Notes: generated by a model not told the origin, from the sequence alone. A stretch of 64,000 bases of DNA from Octopus sinensis (GCF_006345805.1 NC_042997.1:21018001-21082000); one strand, 5' to 3'; shown: positions 11,690 to 25,173, numbered from the stretch's first letter. Numbers and translations are program-made.

Positions 11690-11900
11690 CTTGCAAGTTA
11701 CACAGCAACCTCACCAATGCTGGTGGCATGAAAAAAGCACTCAGTACATTCCGTATTGCAGTTGGCATTAGGAAGGATATCCAACCATAAAAACCACATT
11801 AAAGCTGACTCCAGGGCTTGCAGCTCATTGGATCCTATCAAACCGTCCAACCCATGCCAGTATGGAAAACGGACGGAAAATGATGACGAAAATGGTATGG
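11690..11900 (+). mobile_element. Family C variant, 3' part
   Basis: GGTGGCATGAAAAAAGCAC..GTTGGCATTAGGAAGG..CCGTCCAACCCATGCCAGTATGGAAAACGGACG + (GAT)n. Confidence 0.7.
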
Positions 11901-11957
11901 TGATGATAGGAGCAGACGCAGTTATGTGGTAAGAAGATTGCTTCTTCTGTGTGGTAA

Positions 11958-12192
11958 GAAGGCGGCAAGTTGGCAGAAACGTTAGCATGCCGAGCGAAAT
12001 GCTTAGTAGTATTTCGTCTGCCGTTACGTTCTGAGTTCAAATTCCACTGAGGTCTACTTTGCCTTTCAAACTTTCGGGGTCGATTAAATAAGTACCAGTT
12101 ATGCACTGGAGTCGATGTAATCAACTTAATCCTTTCATCTGTCCTTGTTTGTCCCCTCTATGTTTAGCCCCTTGTGGGCAATAAAGAAATAA
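11958..12192 (+). mobile_element. tRNA-head SINE family B, near full length
   Basis: GGCGGCAAGTTGGCAGAAACGTTAG (A-box-like), GAGTTCAAATTCC (B-box), tail GTTTAGCCCCTTGTGGGCAATAAAGAAATAA. Confidence 0.85.
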
Positions 12193-12620
12193 AATGATTG
12201 CTTCCCAACCACTTGCTTCTAGGTTCAGTCCTTCTGCCTCACACCTTGGGCGTATTCTTCTACTACAGCCTTAGGTTAACTAAAGCCTTGTGAGTGGCTT
12301 TGGTATACAGAAGAAGCTCATTGTGTATGTATGTATGTATGCACGTCTGTAAGCATATATGTATGTATGTATGTATGTATTTGTGTAGGTATGTACATAT
12401 ATATATATAGGTGTTGTATATGTGTCATTGTATCTGTTGTTTGTTCTCTGGTACCACCTGACAACCAGTGTTAATTTGTTTACGCCCCAGTAACTTATAG
12501 ATTTGGCAAAAGTGATCGATAGTATAATTACCCATTTTTAAAAATAAGTACTGAAGTCAACTTGGTTCAGCTAAAACCTTTTAAGATGGAGTCCCAGCAT
12601 GATCACAGTCTGAAGTAAAT
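12191..12620 (+). mobile_element. SINE family A (diverged) with internal (TATG)n
   Basis: Both family A halves recognisable around the microsatellite. Confidence 0.7.
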
Positions 12621-12630
12621 AACATATATA

Positions 12631-13504
12631 CAGGGTGCGATGGGTAAATTGCTGCCATTTTATATTTTTTTATTTCCCACATGTACATTGTTTATTTTTG
12701 ACTTTGTCAACCACACAATATCGTAGGGTCAGTTGGGTACTGTCTGTGAGAAAAACAGCACCATGATGCAATTCACTCTGCCAGAAATTTGGAAACGACA
12801 TGCTGTACTGCCTGGCATTCATGCCAGGAGTTCCAATACGAGCTTTTCAGAATGTTTGGCTGTCAATCTGAGGACATGTACCGAGAGTGATAAAAATCAA
12901 ACATCCAGTCAACATCAGGGTGTTTGGAGTGATCAATAGTGATGGCAACGTTATGCCTCCTTTCATCTTCCCACACGGCCTCATACCCAACACAGAGAAC
13001 TACATCAAGTGCTTGGAGGAGGTAGTGCTACCCTGGGTCAAGAGGGTGGCTGCTGGAAGACTCTATGTCTGGCAACATGACTCTGCACCATACCATACAA
13101 GTTGGAGAACCCAGTCGTGGCTGTCAGACAATTTCTGCAACCACATCACCCCTAACATCTGGCCACCTAACTCCCCAGACTGCAACCCTCTTGATTATTA
13201 TGTGTGTGGCGCAGTTAAGCTAGAGACCAACAAAATTCCTTGTAACACCCAAGATGAACCAAAGGCAAGGATTATGGCAACATTCACCAACTTAAACAAG
13301 GAGACTGTCCAGAAGAGTTGCAGAAGATTCTGAAGTTGTCTGGAGACCGTGGCTGAAGCAAATTGTAGTGTTATTGAATAAATTTACTCTTGGGTAATTC
13401 AAAATATTTTCATGTAATTTTGGTAAACATATCTGTTAAAATGAGATTTCAGTGTTATTTTCATTTTTGTGTAATTTAGATGACAGTATATTCACCGCAC
13501 CCTG
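12631..13504 (+). mobile_element. Internally deleted maT-family (DD37D) Tc1/mariner transposon
   Basis: TA|CAGGGTGCG ... CGCACCCTG|TA termini; 874 bp; transposase remnant with WPPNSPDCNPLDY. Confidence 0.9.
12763..13380 (+). pseudogene. maT transposase remnant (N-terminal stub fused to C-terminal catalytic part)
   Basis: MMQFTLPEIWKRHAV.. joined to VFGVINSDG..QHDSAPYH..WPPNSPDCNPLDY. There are 37 residues between the second and third catalytic Asp (counted). Confidence 0.85.
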
Positions 13505-14249
13505 TATATATATGTGTGTGTGTGTGTATGTGTATATAAGGTAGGTGTAGTGAAAGAAACTCTAATGAGAATTACATAGACATCAAATAATACTAAATAT
13601 TCTATGAATATTTTTGTCTTCAAATGCAGTCTTCGTGTGTTTACTACCTAAATAATGGAAATACTTAGTGAAGTGTTGTCTTCAAATAATTCATCCAGAT
13701 TCAGTGTTTTCCTGTTAATATTGATTTCGGTGATATTTGAACTAAGAATGATTAAAGACAAATTGAAAATTTTAGGCTCTTGTCCAGTGCTCTACAACAT
13801 GCAACAATTCTAAAATACTCATGTGAGTCAATATTAATCAATATAGAAACATAAACATTAAAATCAAAGGAAAATGTGATAAACTTTGTTAGAGAAATCA
13901 CATATCTATTGTCGACCATTAAAACATGCTAATGATTACATTATAGAGGCATTGATCTGTTTGGGAACTTGAGAGAAAACTTGTTTGCATTTTAAATACT
14001 GAATAAGTACGAGACATTTTTTATTTATTGATCGATGGTAAAGTATAGACTTTTGAAGAATGAAATCATCGACAAAAATGGCTAAACCATAAACAAGAGT
14101 TTAGAAAGGCCTTATACAAATCAATATAAAAATGTCAGCTTCTTTGAAGATGTATATTAGAATTTGCAATTGAATTTTTAGTAAATAAACACAAGGTTCA
14201 TAAGGGATCTGTACCAGAAGCAAGCTAACTTTAAAAAAAATATATTGAT

Positions 14250-16300
14250 TTACTTAACAATTTAATCGTCAAAATAGTCTTGTCCACTGCTGATACATTG
14301 TTTCCAATGTTTTTACAGTGTATTGGCACAAGCAGCTAGCACCATACTGGATTAGATCTTGCAGCAGTCATTGCCATCTCTGAGACTGGAGCGAGACCTC
14401 ACCTGCATTCATTTGCCACAACGAGGTTTGCGATGGCAAACTATATAAAGGGAAAACCTGATTTAGATCTCTCTCATTTTGGCACCACCTCACAGCAGTG
14501 CTGGTTGAACACCACCGTTGGCTGAGGTTTTCTGCATGTGTATCTCCAGAGGCAATGTGCCCGCACTAACGGAGCTACTACACAATGCACACAGCTAAAG
14601 ATGGTAGCTGAGAGCTGCACACTGTGAATCTTGTAAATAAACCAGTTGTAAATAGCATTTGTACTTGAAGCCTTTCTCTTCGCCTGCTGGAAACCTGAAC
14701 TACACAAAGAACAAAAAGATGATAGAAGAAGACGATATTCTTCTGATATCGTAAACCTTGCCTTCCATTATAACAGTTTTGAAACACATCCTGAAACTTG
14801 CTTACAGGGACAGTGTACAATTATTGTAGAAAATATTCTTTCCATTTCCTCTAACGCTTGAAGTCGGTAACCTTTTACAATGGATTTCAAAACCGGAATC
14901 TAAGAGAAGCCAAATCCACAGAGGAGGATGGCTGAGGATGTGAGGCATCTTATGTTTTGCTACAAAAGCTCCGATAAAGAGTGATGTACGAGGTTTTGTT
15001 ATGCTTATACTTCAGACTTCTTCCTCTGCTCTCGTTAACATTTCGAGTTATCAACGTATGACTACTTCTTGCGTGCCTACCTACTGGAACAATCATAGGA
15101 TTGAAGTCACCTTTCAAATGACATAATCATGATCAATATCACCCTTAAGTTTAAGCAACATTGATGTGCTTTTTCTGCTGCAGCGATGATGATCTATGCT
15201 ACAGCAATGATTGCTTTGTTGTGACCCTGTAATGGTAAACACACATTTTCCACCTTCTTTCTCAAAGAGAATCTTTCAAAATTTGAATGATAAAAAAGTC
15301 TTCCTGATTGACTGTGAGTCAATTGTGGCACAAATTTTACAGCAACAGTTTAAGTTTTCTTTAACATCATGGAATACAAATTTTAGAAATGTCAACATCT
15401 AAGGAAACTTCACAGTAACTCAACAATTTTTACTGATCACAGCATTCACTTTCGAAGTGAAAAGTTGTCCAGATTTAAGATTATATTCGATATGTCTTTC
15501 ACGACTTGAAATGCTGGCATTAGAAATTCTCTGAGTAAAAGTCTTTTTCTTTTCATAATTTGAAGCAGAATTTCTCCAAATATGCTGATCTTCCAAACCC
15601 TTCATTTACAACTTTTAACAAATTGCCAAACATGCTAAATAGAGGTGGTGTTTATAAAATTAAAAGATAGAGTCATCTGTACTAAACACTACAGTCTTGA
15701 ACATGCTTTGTCGACTGGTTGGTGCGATGATGTTAGAAGTTCGGTTTCTTTCAGTGAACTGACCTTATATATCAGCATACACCTTGTGATCCGTCTGCTG
15801 TGAACATTAAATTGAATTATAGAAGTGAGTTTAAATCCATCACTTTCACAGCATTAGTGCCAAGTTGTTCATGCTCTGTGGTTCATGACGCTGATATTTT
15901 GGTATTAAAAGGCCCTGTTTGTTGCTTGTAAAACAGTAAACAAAAACAAACGTGCTATATCCTCAGAGTTTTACTATGTCGCTCCGTAACCCATCATTCA
16001 GCCATTACGCTGTTTACATCTGGCAAATTTCTATGCCATGCAACACTTAACCCCCGAGGTTTATCATTTCAATGATTCTGTTGGTGGCAGATGATTTTCT
16101 TTTCTTCATAGGAACAGTAAACTCACCAAATCTTTATGTGATGTAGTGGTGCTAATGATATAGTGGTTTTGCAAATTTTGACTCGTGTATATTAATGTCC
16201 ACTATGTCCCTAATATTGCAACCAAATTTTAGGCATATATCTGCAAAGTTAAGGAAGTTATTAAAACTTGAAACCCATCAGTTACTTTTGGGACAACCTG
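14250..16300 (-). mobile_element. Highly decayed mariner element, interrupted at ~14350-14800
   Basis: TIR-like end TA|CAGGTTGTCCCAAAAGTAAC (rc of 16281-16302). Minus-strand fragments KFVPQLT (~15330), GAFVAKHKMPHILSHP / KSIVKGYRLQALEE (~14860-14990) and KHWKQCISSGQDYFDD* (~14265-14320) occur in mariner order. Confidence 0.6.
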
Positions 16301-17511
16301 TATAATAATGCTAAAACTACTCTCTATGGTTACTCCCAGTTTTGTGAGTATGCTCAGTAGTGAATGCTCATCAATAAACTAAACTACAAACTAAAGTATA
16401 TGAACGAATACTGGAGGTGGAGACGGGTTTTTTTTTATTACAACATGGTGAATGAAAACTGAAAAATAATAATGAGAAAATATTTGAAACACATTTCTTC
16501 ATTAGTATCAAAAGCAGAAAAAGAAATGCGTCTAAAGAAAATGTATATGAGAAAGAGTAAATGAAAGAAGAAAAACTTATGTAAATATGACTAATAAGAA
16601 AAGCAGTTAGAGTCTATACACATGGAGACATGCTTACACGTACACACACAAACATATATGTATGTGTGTATTTATATCACACACATATACACAGTCTTAC
16701 TCGTGCACACTTACTCATACTGACACGCAAGCGTTTATATTATTCATTTTGTACCATAGTATAGATTAAATAAAAAATAAATTTTCTGGTACACTAGTGA
16801 TTAAATAAAATATGGAAAAAATTACTGGTGCACTTCGCATAAAAAGTTGAGTACAAGGTATGTTTTAATGTTAAAATGAAAGCAAAATAAAAAAAAAAGA
16901 AATAGAAAAAATAATGAAAACTATTGCGTACTTTGCTTTATTAATCATACTTCAATATAACAAAGTAATAAAACCTGTCTTTTAAGATGTTCAAACACTA
17001 ATATGGATTTTCTTAACCCTTATATTGTATTTATTATATTTAAAAATGACACGATGTATCTTGCTACTCCTTGCAGCTCTTCTTTAGGGTACTAGGGAAC
17101 ATGAGATTTATACACATACACTTGACTATGCTTGTATAAAAATACGTGTGTGCGTGTGTGTAAAGAACAGAAATGGACTATGGTTCTCTACAGCTGTTTC
17201 AGGCGGGTTTTTTATTGATGAATAAACCGATTACGTTGTGAAAATGCACTGTTTACCATATATCATAATCCACAAATATGCTAATCTCAACCCTTGGTGT
17301 TCTTATTATTAAAATATCTTCATTTCAAATGAATTGTACAAAAAATTACATACACACACAGGCACACATATATCACTTTTTTATGTGCATTCATAGGTAT
17401 ATGTGTGCACACATATATGTGTATATGCATTTTTATGTATCCATATGCAAGCATGTGTGAAAAGGAAAATGAGTACAGGTGTTTGCATGTATACATTTGT
17501 ATGCATGTAGA

Positions 17512-17543
<32 letters not shown>

Positions 17544-19557
17544 CGTATGCATGCATGTATGTATGTACGTACGTATGTATGTATTTATGTAGGTACTTAT
17601 GTATGCATGTACGTATGTATGTTTGTGTGTGTGTGTGTGCATGTATGTGTGTGTGACCTCTGATGATTAGACAGAAATAAAGTGAGCACTCTGTGCCTGT
17701 GCAACAGAGTTCAAATGAGCTGAGAAAAAATCCAGCTTTATTAGTAAGAATGTAGAATGTAAGGGAGAAAACTACTAGCATGGGCATACTGTATAAAAGA
17801 TACCAAGAACATCAATTGTACAAAAAAATACCAATCGCAAGAAGTGGCTGGAACTTGAGGCCGAGTGACACTCAGGAAGATATGGAATGATTCTCCTTCT
17901 CCATTTCTTTAAACACTCATCTGTCACTCAATCACAGTCCCTCAATCCTATCTACTGTTCCACCCCCATGGTGTAACGGAAAACAGCATTTGATCATTCC
18001 ATATTTAACCTCTCTCTCTACTATTAGCCTTATAACTCTAACTCACTTCCCCCAGCACCTCTCTATCACTTTACCTAATTTCAACTGCTTCATTTGCGTG
18101 TAGCAGTAGTTAAGATTCGAAACTGCGACAACTTTCTAACGGACTTCTGCCATGACATATCAGGTGATCTTTGCTTATATTTCAACCAATCATACTTCAG
18201 GTGCATTTGTAAAATCATATGATTCAAATGGAAACTTCCACACATTTCCCTCACACACAAAAAAAAGAGAAAATAACACGGCCACCAACAGAGATGCGCA
18301 GTACGGGCTTAGCAGAGGTTCAAAAGAGGGCAGAGATTCGAGAGAAGACAGAGGTTTGGAAGGAGTTTAATGGTAAGCTACGCTGGTTAACCTCAGATTA
18401 AAAAAGGACCACATCACCTACCAAGGACGTAGGACATTCTCATATCTCGCTAGCATGATATATACTGATCTCACTTCTTACCATATGTACATAAACCCTC
18501 TTCTTGCATTCAGCAATACAGCCTCCGGTAAGTAAACTTTGTAACATCGATATAGAAATAAATATGATTCATCAAAATTAAATATCATTGATTGATTTTA
18601 TATAGGTTCAGCAAGCAGCCAGGCCAAACAATACAGCTCCCAGCTAACCAATGAGACATATGTAATGAGAAATATCATTGATTCAATCCATAGTCAGTAC
18701 CTACTGCCATACCCACTACGCCACCTTTACTGGTGAGAGTTTCAATCTGACAGTAACTTGAATAATTAAGCTCAGCTATTATTTTCTTAAATATTATTTT
18801 GGTTTACATGTGTTATACTTTAGCCCAAATGAGCCCTGACTGAGTAGAACTATTATTCCAACTATGATCATCCCATCACCTTGTCAGATACACTTTATAA
18901 GGGAACACCATAGATCTAATACAGCCTTCTGTTTGCAAAAGAGAAGAGTGTGATTTGAGCAAGATTTGGCTGCTTTTTCCTGAGGTCAACATTTATATGG
19001 GATATGTAGCAGCTGTGTCACAAGAACAATGATAAATTCCCTTCCCTTTGTTTGACAGCACTCTCAGGAAGTAGAATTCATGCAAAGATTAGATATTAGA
19101 CAATTTTGTATTATTCAAATTAATACATCTTACAGCTTTTTTTTTATTAGCATCAGATCATTTCGCAGAAGTGCTATTGATGTATAGATTAGTCTGAAAT
19201 TATGCGGCTATTTTGCTAGAATAGAACCACTTAGAAAACTCTCCTGATGATAACAATTTGTCTTATTATCTTCTTTCACACCGATATTGATTTATTACCA
19301 TTTTTTTTTTAGTTCATCGTTAATATTTTCAGGAGCATGACAGTGGTGGCGGTTGTAGTGGTGGTGGTGCAACCAAAACAGAAGAGCACTAAATTAAATA
19401 TTGCACTGTATTTAGATTCCATCTCCTACATACTGCGTTCAATTCTTAAACAGGATCAACATTTCTTTTTTATAAGTTGCAATCTAGGTGTGAGATGCAG
19501 TAAGATAAGTACCAGTTATATTCTAAGAATGATTTTGTGAAGACCTGTTGAGGATAG

Positions 19558-20115
19558 TGAAATCAAAATCAAATTTGATGACTGGCATCCATGCTAGCGG
19601 GGTGCAAAGAGCACCATCCGAGAGTAATTGTTGACAGAATGGCTAACCGGCTCCCGTGCCGGTGGCACATAAAAGGCACCACTCGAATGTGATTGTTACC
19701 AGCATTGCCTTACTGGCACTTGTTCCTGTGCTCGTAGGGTGCTAAGAGCACCATCTGAGCATGATCGTTGCCCGATCAGCTACCTGACTTCCGTGCCAGT
19801 GGCACGTAAAAAGGTACCATTCGAACGTGATCGTTACCAGCATCACCTTACTGGTACCTGTGCCAGTGGAATGTGTAAAAAGATTCGAGCAAGGTCATTT
19901 CCAGTACCGCCTGACTGGCCCCCATGCCGGTGGCATGTAAAAAGGCACCCACTACACTCTCAGAGTAGTTGGCGTTAGGAAGGGCATCCAGCTGTAGAAA
20001 CTCTGCAGATCAAGATTAGAGCCTGGTGCAGCCATCTGGTTCGCCAGCCCTATGTCAAAATCGTCCAACCCATGCCAGCATGGAAAATGGACATTAAACA
20101 ATGATGATGATGACG
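19558..20115 (+). mobile_element. Family C retroelement, long copy with internal tandem units
   Basis: Begins GAAATCAAAATCAAATTTGATGACTGGCATCC; has several GGTGGCACGTAAAAGGCACC units; ends ACATTAAACAATGATGATGATG. Confidence 0.9.
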
Positions 20116-21509
20116 ATTCTGTTTATAACATCTTGTGCTCCCAAATATCTAGCCTAGTTCTAATTTAAAAAAGTATTACTTTCAGAAGCTATGAGAAGCA
20201 ATGTAGATTATAGGCAAAATTTGATTTAGCTTATTCTACAAGCCAGGTTGAAATTTTTATTAGAGTAGCATGTTTTTATTTGCATGGTATGTCTCCAACA
20301 AGTGTGGCTGTAGCAATATTCCATTTTCCTTTATTAAATATCTACATTCTGTTCTTATTATCATTACCATTTTCATTTAATGTCCACTTTTCCATGTTTG
20401 CATGGGTCAGGCAGAATTTGTTGAAGCAGTTTTCCTATGGCTAGATGCCTTTCCTACCATCAGCCATTACCTATTTCCAAGCAAGGTAATATTTCTGCAT
20501 GACTAGACAAGTTTTTCACAGAAGACTGCAAATGAATAATGTGGCTTGTATGAGGGTGATGCTCATTTACAACCATGATATCAAAGCAAAGACACACACA
20601 CACACATGCACACACACACACACACACACATACACACACACACGTACACGCAGCATAGCCATCATTCAAAGTCCGTTTTTCTATGATGGCATAGGTTGGA
20701 CAGTTCAACATAAACAGATGAACCAGAGGTCTGTGCTAAGCTATTGTACCTGCTAAATCCACTTACAAGACTTTGGTCAGCTCAGAGCTGTAACAGAAGC
20801 AAGTTTCTTTACCATACTTTCATTAGATAAAATTATATTTTGAAACTCTGATACATTTTGCTTAAGTAAAGTGACAGTAAAGAGCTAGTTGATTAATCAT
20901 TATTTAGTACACCAGATAGTGAGAGTGGCCAGCATGATATTACATATGCCAGAGTGTTATATGATTGAATTCCATTAATACAATGTAAATTTAATCAATT
21001 TAGTAGGGTGGATTATTTTAACTAAGACATCTCGGTTATTAATTAGTTATTAACTATCCGGTTTTGGTAGTTATTCAGTCAGAAAGTCGCCATCAAATTT
21101 TATTTTTGCATAAATATGGAAATAATGCTTAACTTTATTTTGGAGTTGGTTTAGCCCAACTGGTAAAAGCATCATTATTTTCATTTTCAAATTCAGTATG
21201 AATCAACTTTATCTTTTTTTTTCTATTTATGTTCAATAAAATTATGTTATTCTGTACTAGAGAAAATATCTATAGATTCTTAACCACTGATAGATATATG
21301 GAAACATATAAACATGTTTGTAGACAGAAAAAAAAAAAGAGATAATCCCAATTTGATTCAGTCATGTTTTGGGATTTCCCCGATGACTGAGTGCCCCTCT
21401 AAAACTCCTTATCCATGAGGATGCTAATTACAAACCCTATTAATAAGGGTATTAGGTATATTGGACCTTATCTACTTTACTTCAGTCTTCAATTCATGTC
21501 CATTCTTAA

Positions 21510-21710
21510 TCCTTTCTACTATAGGCTCAAGGCCTGGAATTTGTTGGGAGAGGGATAATCGATTACATCGACCCCAGTACTTGACTGTTACTTAATTTAT
21601 CAACCCTGATAGGATGAAAGGCAAAGTCAACCTCTGCAGAATTTTAACTCAGAACGTGAAGGCAGACGAAATACCACTATGCATTTTGCCCAGTGTGCCA
21701 CTTTCACATC
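21510..21710 (-). mobile_element. SINE family B (short-tail variant)
   Basis: CGATTACATCGACCCCAGTACTTGACTG..GGATGAAAGGCAAAGTCAAC..AACTCAGAACGTGAAGGCAGACGAAATACC. Confidence 0.8.
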
Positions 21711-22299
21711 CATCCTTAATAACTAGCAGGACCTGTGAATATTCCACAGAATTAATAGTAAAGCTATTGGGTTATTCTTGAAACATTTTATCCAAAAAAC
21801 CTGAAAGCATAGCCTGTGTTGTGTCTGTATCAAAAGATAGTTGCTCATCTGCTATTCATTGAAAAGTGAAGGAAATTAGAATACGATGATTACTTAATGC
21901 ACTTTATATATATACTTTTTATACTTTATGTGCAATTTTATAGACTTAATACACAGCACTCATAAAATAAACCTTCACTCTTATTTTTCCATATTTCCAA
22001 TACAGAGAAAAATTACGTCTTAAAATTTACATGGTCTCAGTTTCATATCTAGAAAACAAAAATTTTATTGTAAAAAAATTACTTTAGTGCCACCTGACTG
22101 GCACATAAAAGGCACCATTTGAGTGTGGCTGATGCCAGTGTACCTGACTAGCTCTCATGCCAGTGGTATGTAAAAAGCACCATTCATGCATGACTAATAC
22201 CAGTGCATCAGTTAAATGACATTGAAAATGATGATGATGATATAGGGGTTACAGTTTTATGAGGCTAAAAATTTAATGGAACATGGCATACACTGAAAA

Positions 22300-22652
22300 G
22301 CACATCGATGGTAACTTATAAGTCAAGGTGATGGGTCAGAGCCAATATAAATTTCAGTTTGCATACACGTATCAATCCAATACTTCTTTGCAGACTATGT
22401 CCTTCATGTAAGTTCTTCTTTTCCCTTGTTTGTCAGTGTTGATAACTTTAACTTTTACATCAGATAATTTGCAAGCACCTGAGAATGCAACATATAGCTA
22501 ACCATGCCTGGATACAGGTTCAGGCAAGAACAGCCCCACTTTATCAAATAAACTGCCCTTGTGATTTGTTGATAGTCATTGCATGTGACAGGTGAATGGG
22601 AAACTGGTTTCTTTCTAAAGGGAAGGACACGCTTGGGATGTGCATGCATCAA
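22300..22652 (-). pseudogene. Possible decayed GIY-YIG endonuclease of a Penelope-like element
   Basis: TCNDYQQITRAVYLIKWGCSCLNLYPGM resembles TC...VVYLI.C..C...YVG, and a downstream KKYWIDT resembles E..WI. Motif resemblance by eye only. Confidence 0.3.
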
Positions 22653-23206
22653 ATGATAGGTGATATAAGAAACTTAGTTTAAATTAAAAAATTACTTTTC
22701 ACTATTGCCACTTCCACCACTATTGCCACCACCACGACCACCACCATCATCTCTCTCTCTCTCCGTCTCTCTCTCTCTCTCTTTTCACTCTCTGTCTTTC
22801 TTTAATCTCACCATCAAAACATCACTCCTCTGCTAAAATTATATTCCTAACTCTCATCTATATCACTATCTTCAACTAACATTTTTAACCACATTATAAA
22901 TATTATGTTCCCCTTACCAAATGTCATGGATGCTTCATTCTCCCTCTGTTTCTTTCTCTTTCTTTCTACCTCACTTTATGCTTAATCCTCTTTTTGTCTC
23001 TCCCTCTTTTCTTTCTCCCGCTTTTTCTCTAATTACATGAAAGTGTTACCAACAGGCTAAGTAACATAATGACAAGCAGAATTATTATAAGGTAATTTAT
23101 AAGCCATGTCTATGTGGAGAATTAAAGAAGGTATTCAGTTGTTGGTGAAATTCTAATACAGGATTGAAACTAATTTCGTTGATCCCTCTTTTGCTATCCA
23201 CAAAGA

Positions 23207-23650
23207 TTTTTTTTACTAGTTTCAGCTCAGAGCTGCAGCCATGCTGATGCACCGCCATTTTGCTACACTGTTATTACTAAGAGCCTCCTCTAATATGTGG
23301 CACTTGGTGAAGAATGGAGTTTGATATAGCTACCCTCATTTTCACCTCTTGCCGTGAGGTAGGTTCATCTGGGACTCTCGACAGGAAGAGGTCCAGCTTT
23401 GCTTTAAAAACCCCTACATCTACTTTGTGCAAGTTCCTCAGACTCTTTGGGAGAATATTAAAAAGTTGTAGGCCCTTGAAACCCAGGCTGTTGCAGTAAC
23501 TGGTCTTGAAGCATGATGGCATTGCTGGGATCTTTGGCACTATGCAGTGTCGTCACATTCTGGCATTGGTGTAGCTTTCAATGCCAAAATTTGGCACAAT
23601 TCCTTCCAGGATCTTCCAGATACATATTACTGCATATTGTATACAGAATG
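23207..23650 (-). mobile_element. 3' end of a CR1-group LINE (ORF2 C-terminus, 3' UTR, short A tail)
   Basis: YAVICIWKILEGIVPNFGI..CIVPKIPA..NSLGFKGLQLFNILPKSLRNL..FKAKLDLFLSRVPDEP; UTR ends GAAACTAGTAAAAAAAA on the minus strand. Confidence 0.8.
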
Positions 23651-24611
23651 TTTACATCCATAAATATACATGCAGTATTAGTAAAATATTTATAGATACA
23701 TCCTGTATTTCAGCACAGCATTGAAACAAAACATTGTTAACAGGCCAGTAATTTAATAAAATGAGTATCAGTAATTATCTATAACTAAACAATATCCTTT
23801 CCAGATATCAAATATTTGATAGCTTATGACTGGAATTTTCATTTAGGATGGTATAGTAGGACATTAGGGGTGACATTGATGTTCACCATATATCTCCAAT
23901 GTATAAATTACGAAAGATAATCTCTACTAACATAATTGCTTTTAAGGCTATCGGGAAACAAACTAGTTAGAATCCTTATTGAATGCAAAAAGATACTTAG
24001 ATAAAAAGATCAATATTACAGAAACTTGAAACAAAGTGTTCTCTGAAGTAATTTCAGTAATGAAAAATTGAAAAATTTGTATAAATTTGGAATTTGCAAT
24101 GTGAGGTCTTCGGCCTAAGACGATAAAATATCTATTAACCTCTGTCCCTTTAGACAAAGCATATTGTTAACCGCATTCAACCTGTTAATAAAATGCATGC
24201 CATATCTATTTCAGGATTTAACAAATAACCATAATTCCTGAATTCTTTCAAACATCAGGATCGTCCAAGATCTTCACAATTATGATAATGCGGAGAAAGA
24301 TATATGATAAAGATATTAATAGATAAGTGTGTTAAAACCATAACAGATTATCGAAATTATACTTTCATTGACATATACTTCTTTTATTCTTTTATTTGTT
24401 TCAATCATTTGACTGTGGCCATGCTGGAGCACCACCTTTAGTCGAGCATATCGACACCAGGACTTATTCTTTGTAAGTCTAGTACTTATTCTATCGGTCT
24501 CTCTTGCCGAACTGCTAAGTGATGGGGACGTAAACACACCAGCATCAGTTGTCAAGCAATGTTGGGGTGACAAACACAGACACACAAACACATACATACA
24601 TATATATATAG

Positions 24612-24995
24612 CATCATCATCATCATCATCGTTTAGCGTCCGTTTTCCATGCTAGCATGGGTTGGACGGTTCTACTGGGGTCTGTGAAGCCAGAAGGCTT
24701 CATCAGGCCCAGTCAAATCTGGCAGTGTTTCTACGGCTGGATGCCCTTCCTAACGCCAACCACTCCGTGAGTGTAGTGGGTGCTTTTTACGTGCCACCCG
24801 CACAGGTGCCAGACAGAGCTGGCAAACGGCCATGAACGGATGGTGCTTTTTATGTGCCACCGGCACGGGGGCCAGGCGAGGCTGGCAACGGACACGAATG
24901 GATGGTGCTTTTTACGTGCCACCGGCACGAGGCCAGTCGAGGCAGCGCTGGTAACGGTCGTGAAACGGAAGGTTCTCTTACATGCCACCGGCACT
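24612..24995 (-). mobile_element. Family C retroelement (CpG-rich, apparently young subfamily)
   Basis: (CAT)n CGTTTAGCGTCCGTTTTCCATGCTAGC..; repeated GGTGCTTTTTACGTGCCACCGGCAC units. Confidence 0.9.
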
Positions 24996-25111
24996 GATAT
25001 ATATATATATATACCGGAGTAAACACATAAATGTGAAACAAGGTGGAAAAAAAGTACTCAAATACCAGGGGTAGAATAATATGCTTTATTTAAAAGCAGC
25101 AGAAATTCAAC

Positions 25112-25158
25112 AAAACCTGTTACTCGGACTTTCACGTTCCCATTCATCGGACAGTTTT
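25112..25158 (-). ncRNA. Minimal hammerhead, mirror copy (stem III mismatch)
   Basis: Minus strand: AAAACTGT CCGATGA ATG GGAA CGT GAA AGTC C GAGT A ACAGGTTTT. Confidence 0.55.
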
Positions 25159-25173
25159 GTTAAATTTTTTAAC

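Noticed and set aside
11958-12060. tRNA gene
   Set aside because: A/B-box-like motifs belong to SINE heads; there is no complete cloverleaf.
13645-13790. Minus-strand open frame after an acceptor-like site (SNITEINI..LDELFEDNTSL)
   Set aside because: 48 codons, weak donor, no recognisable family.
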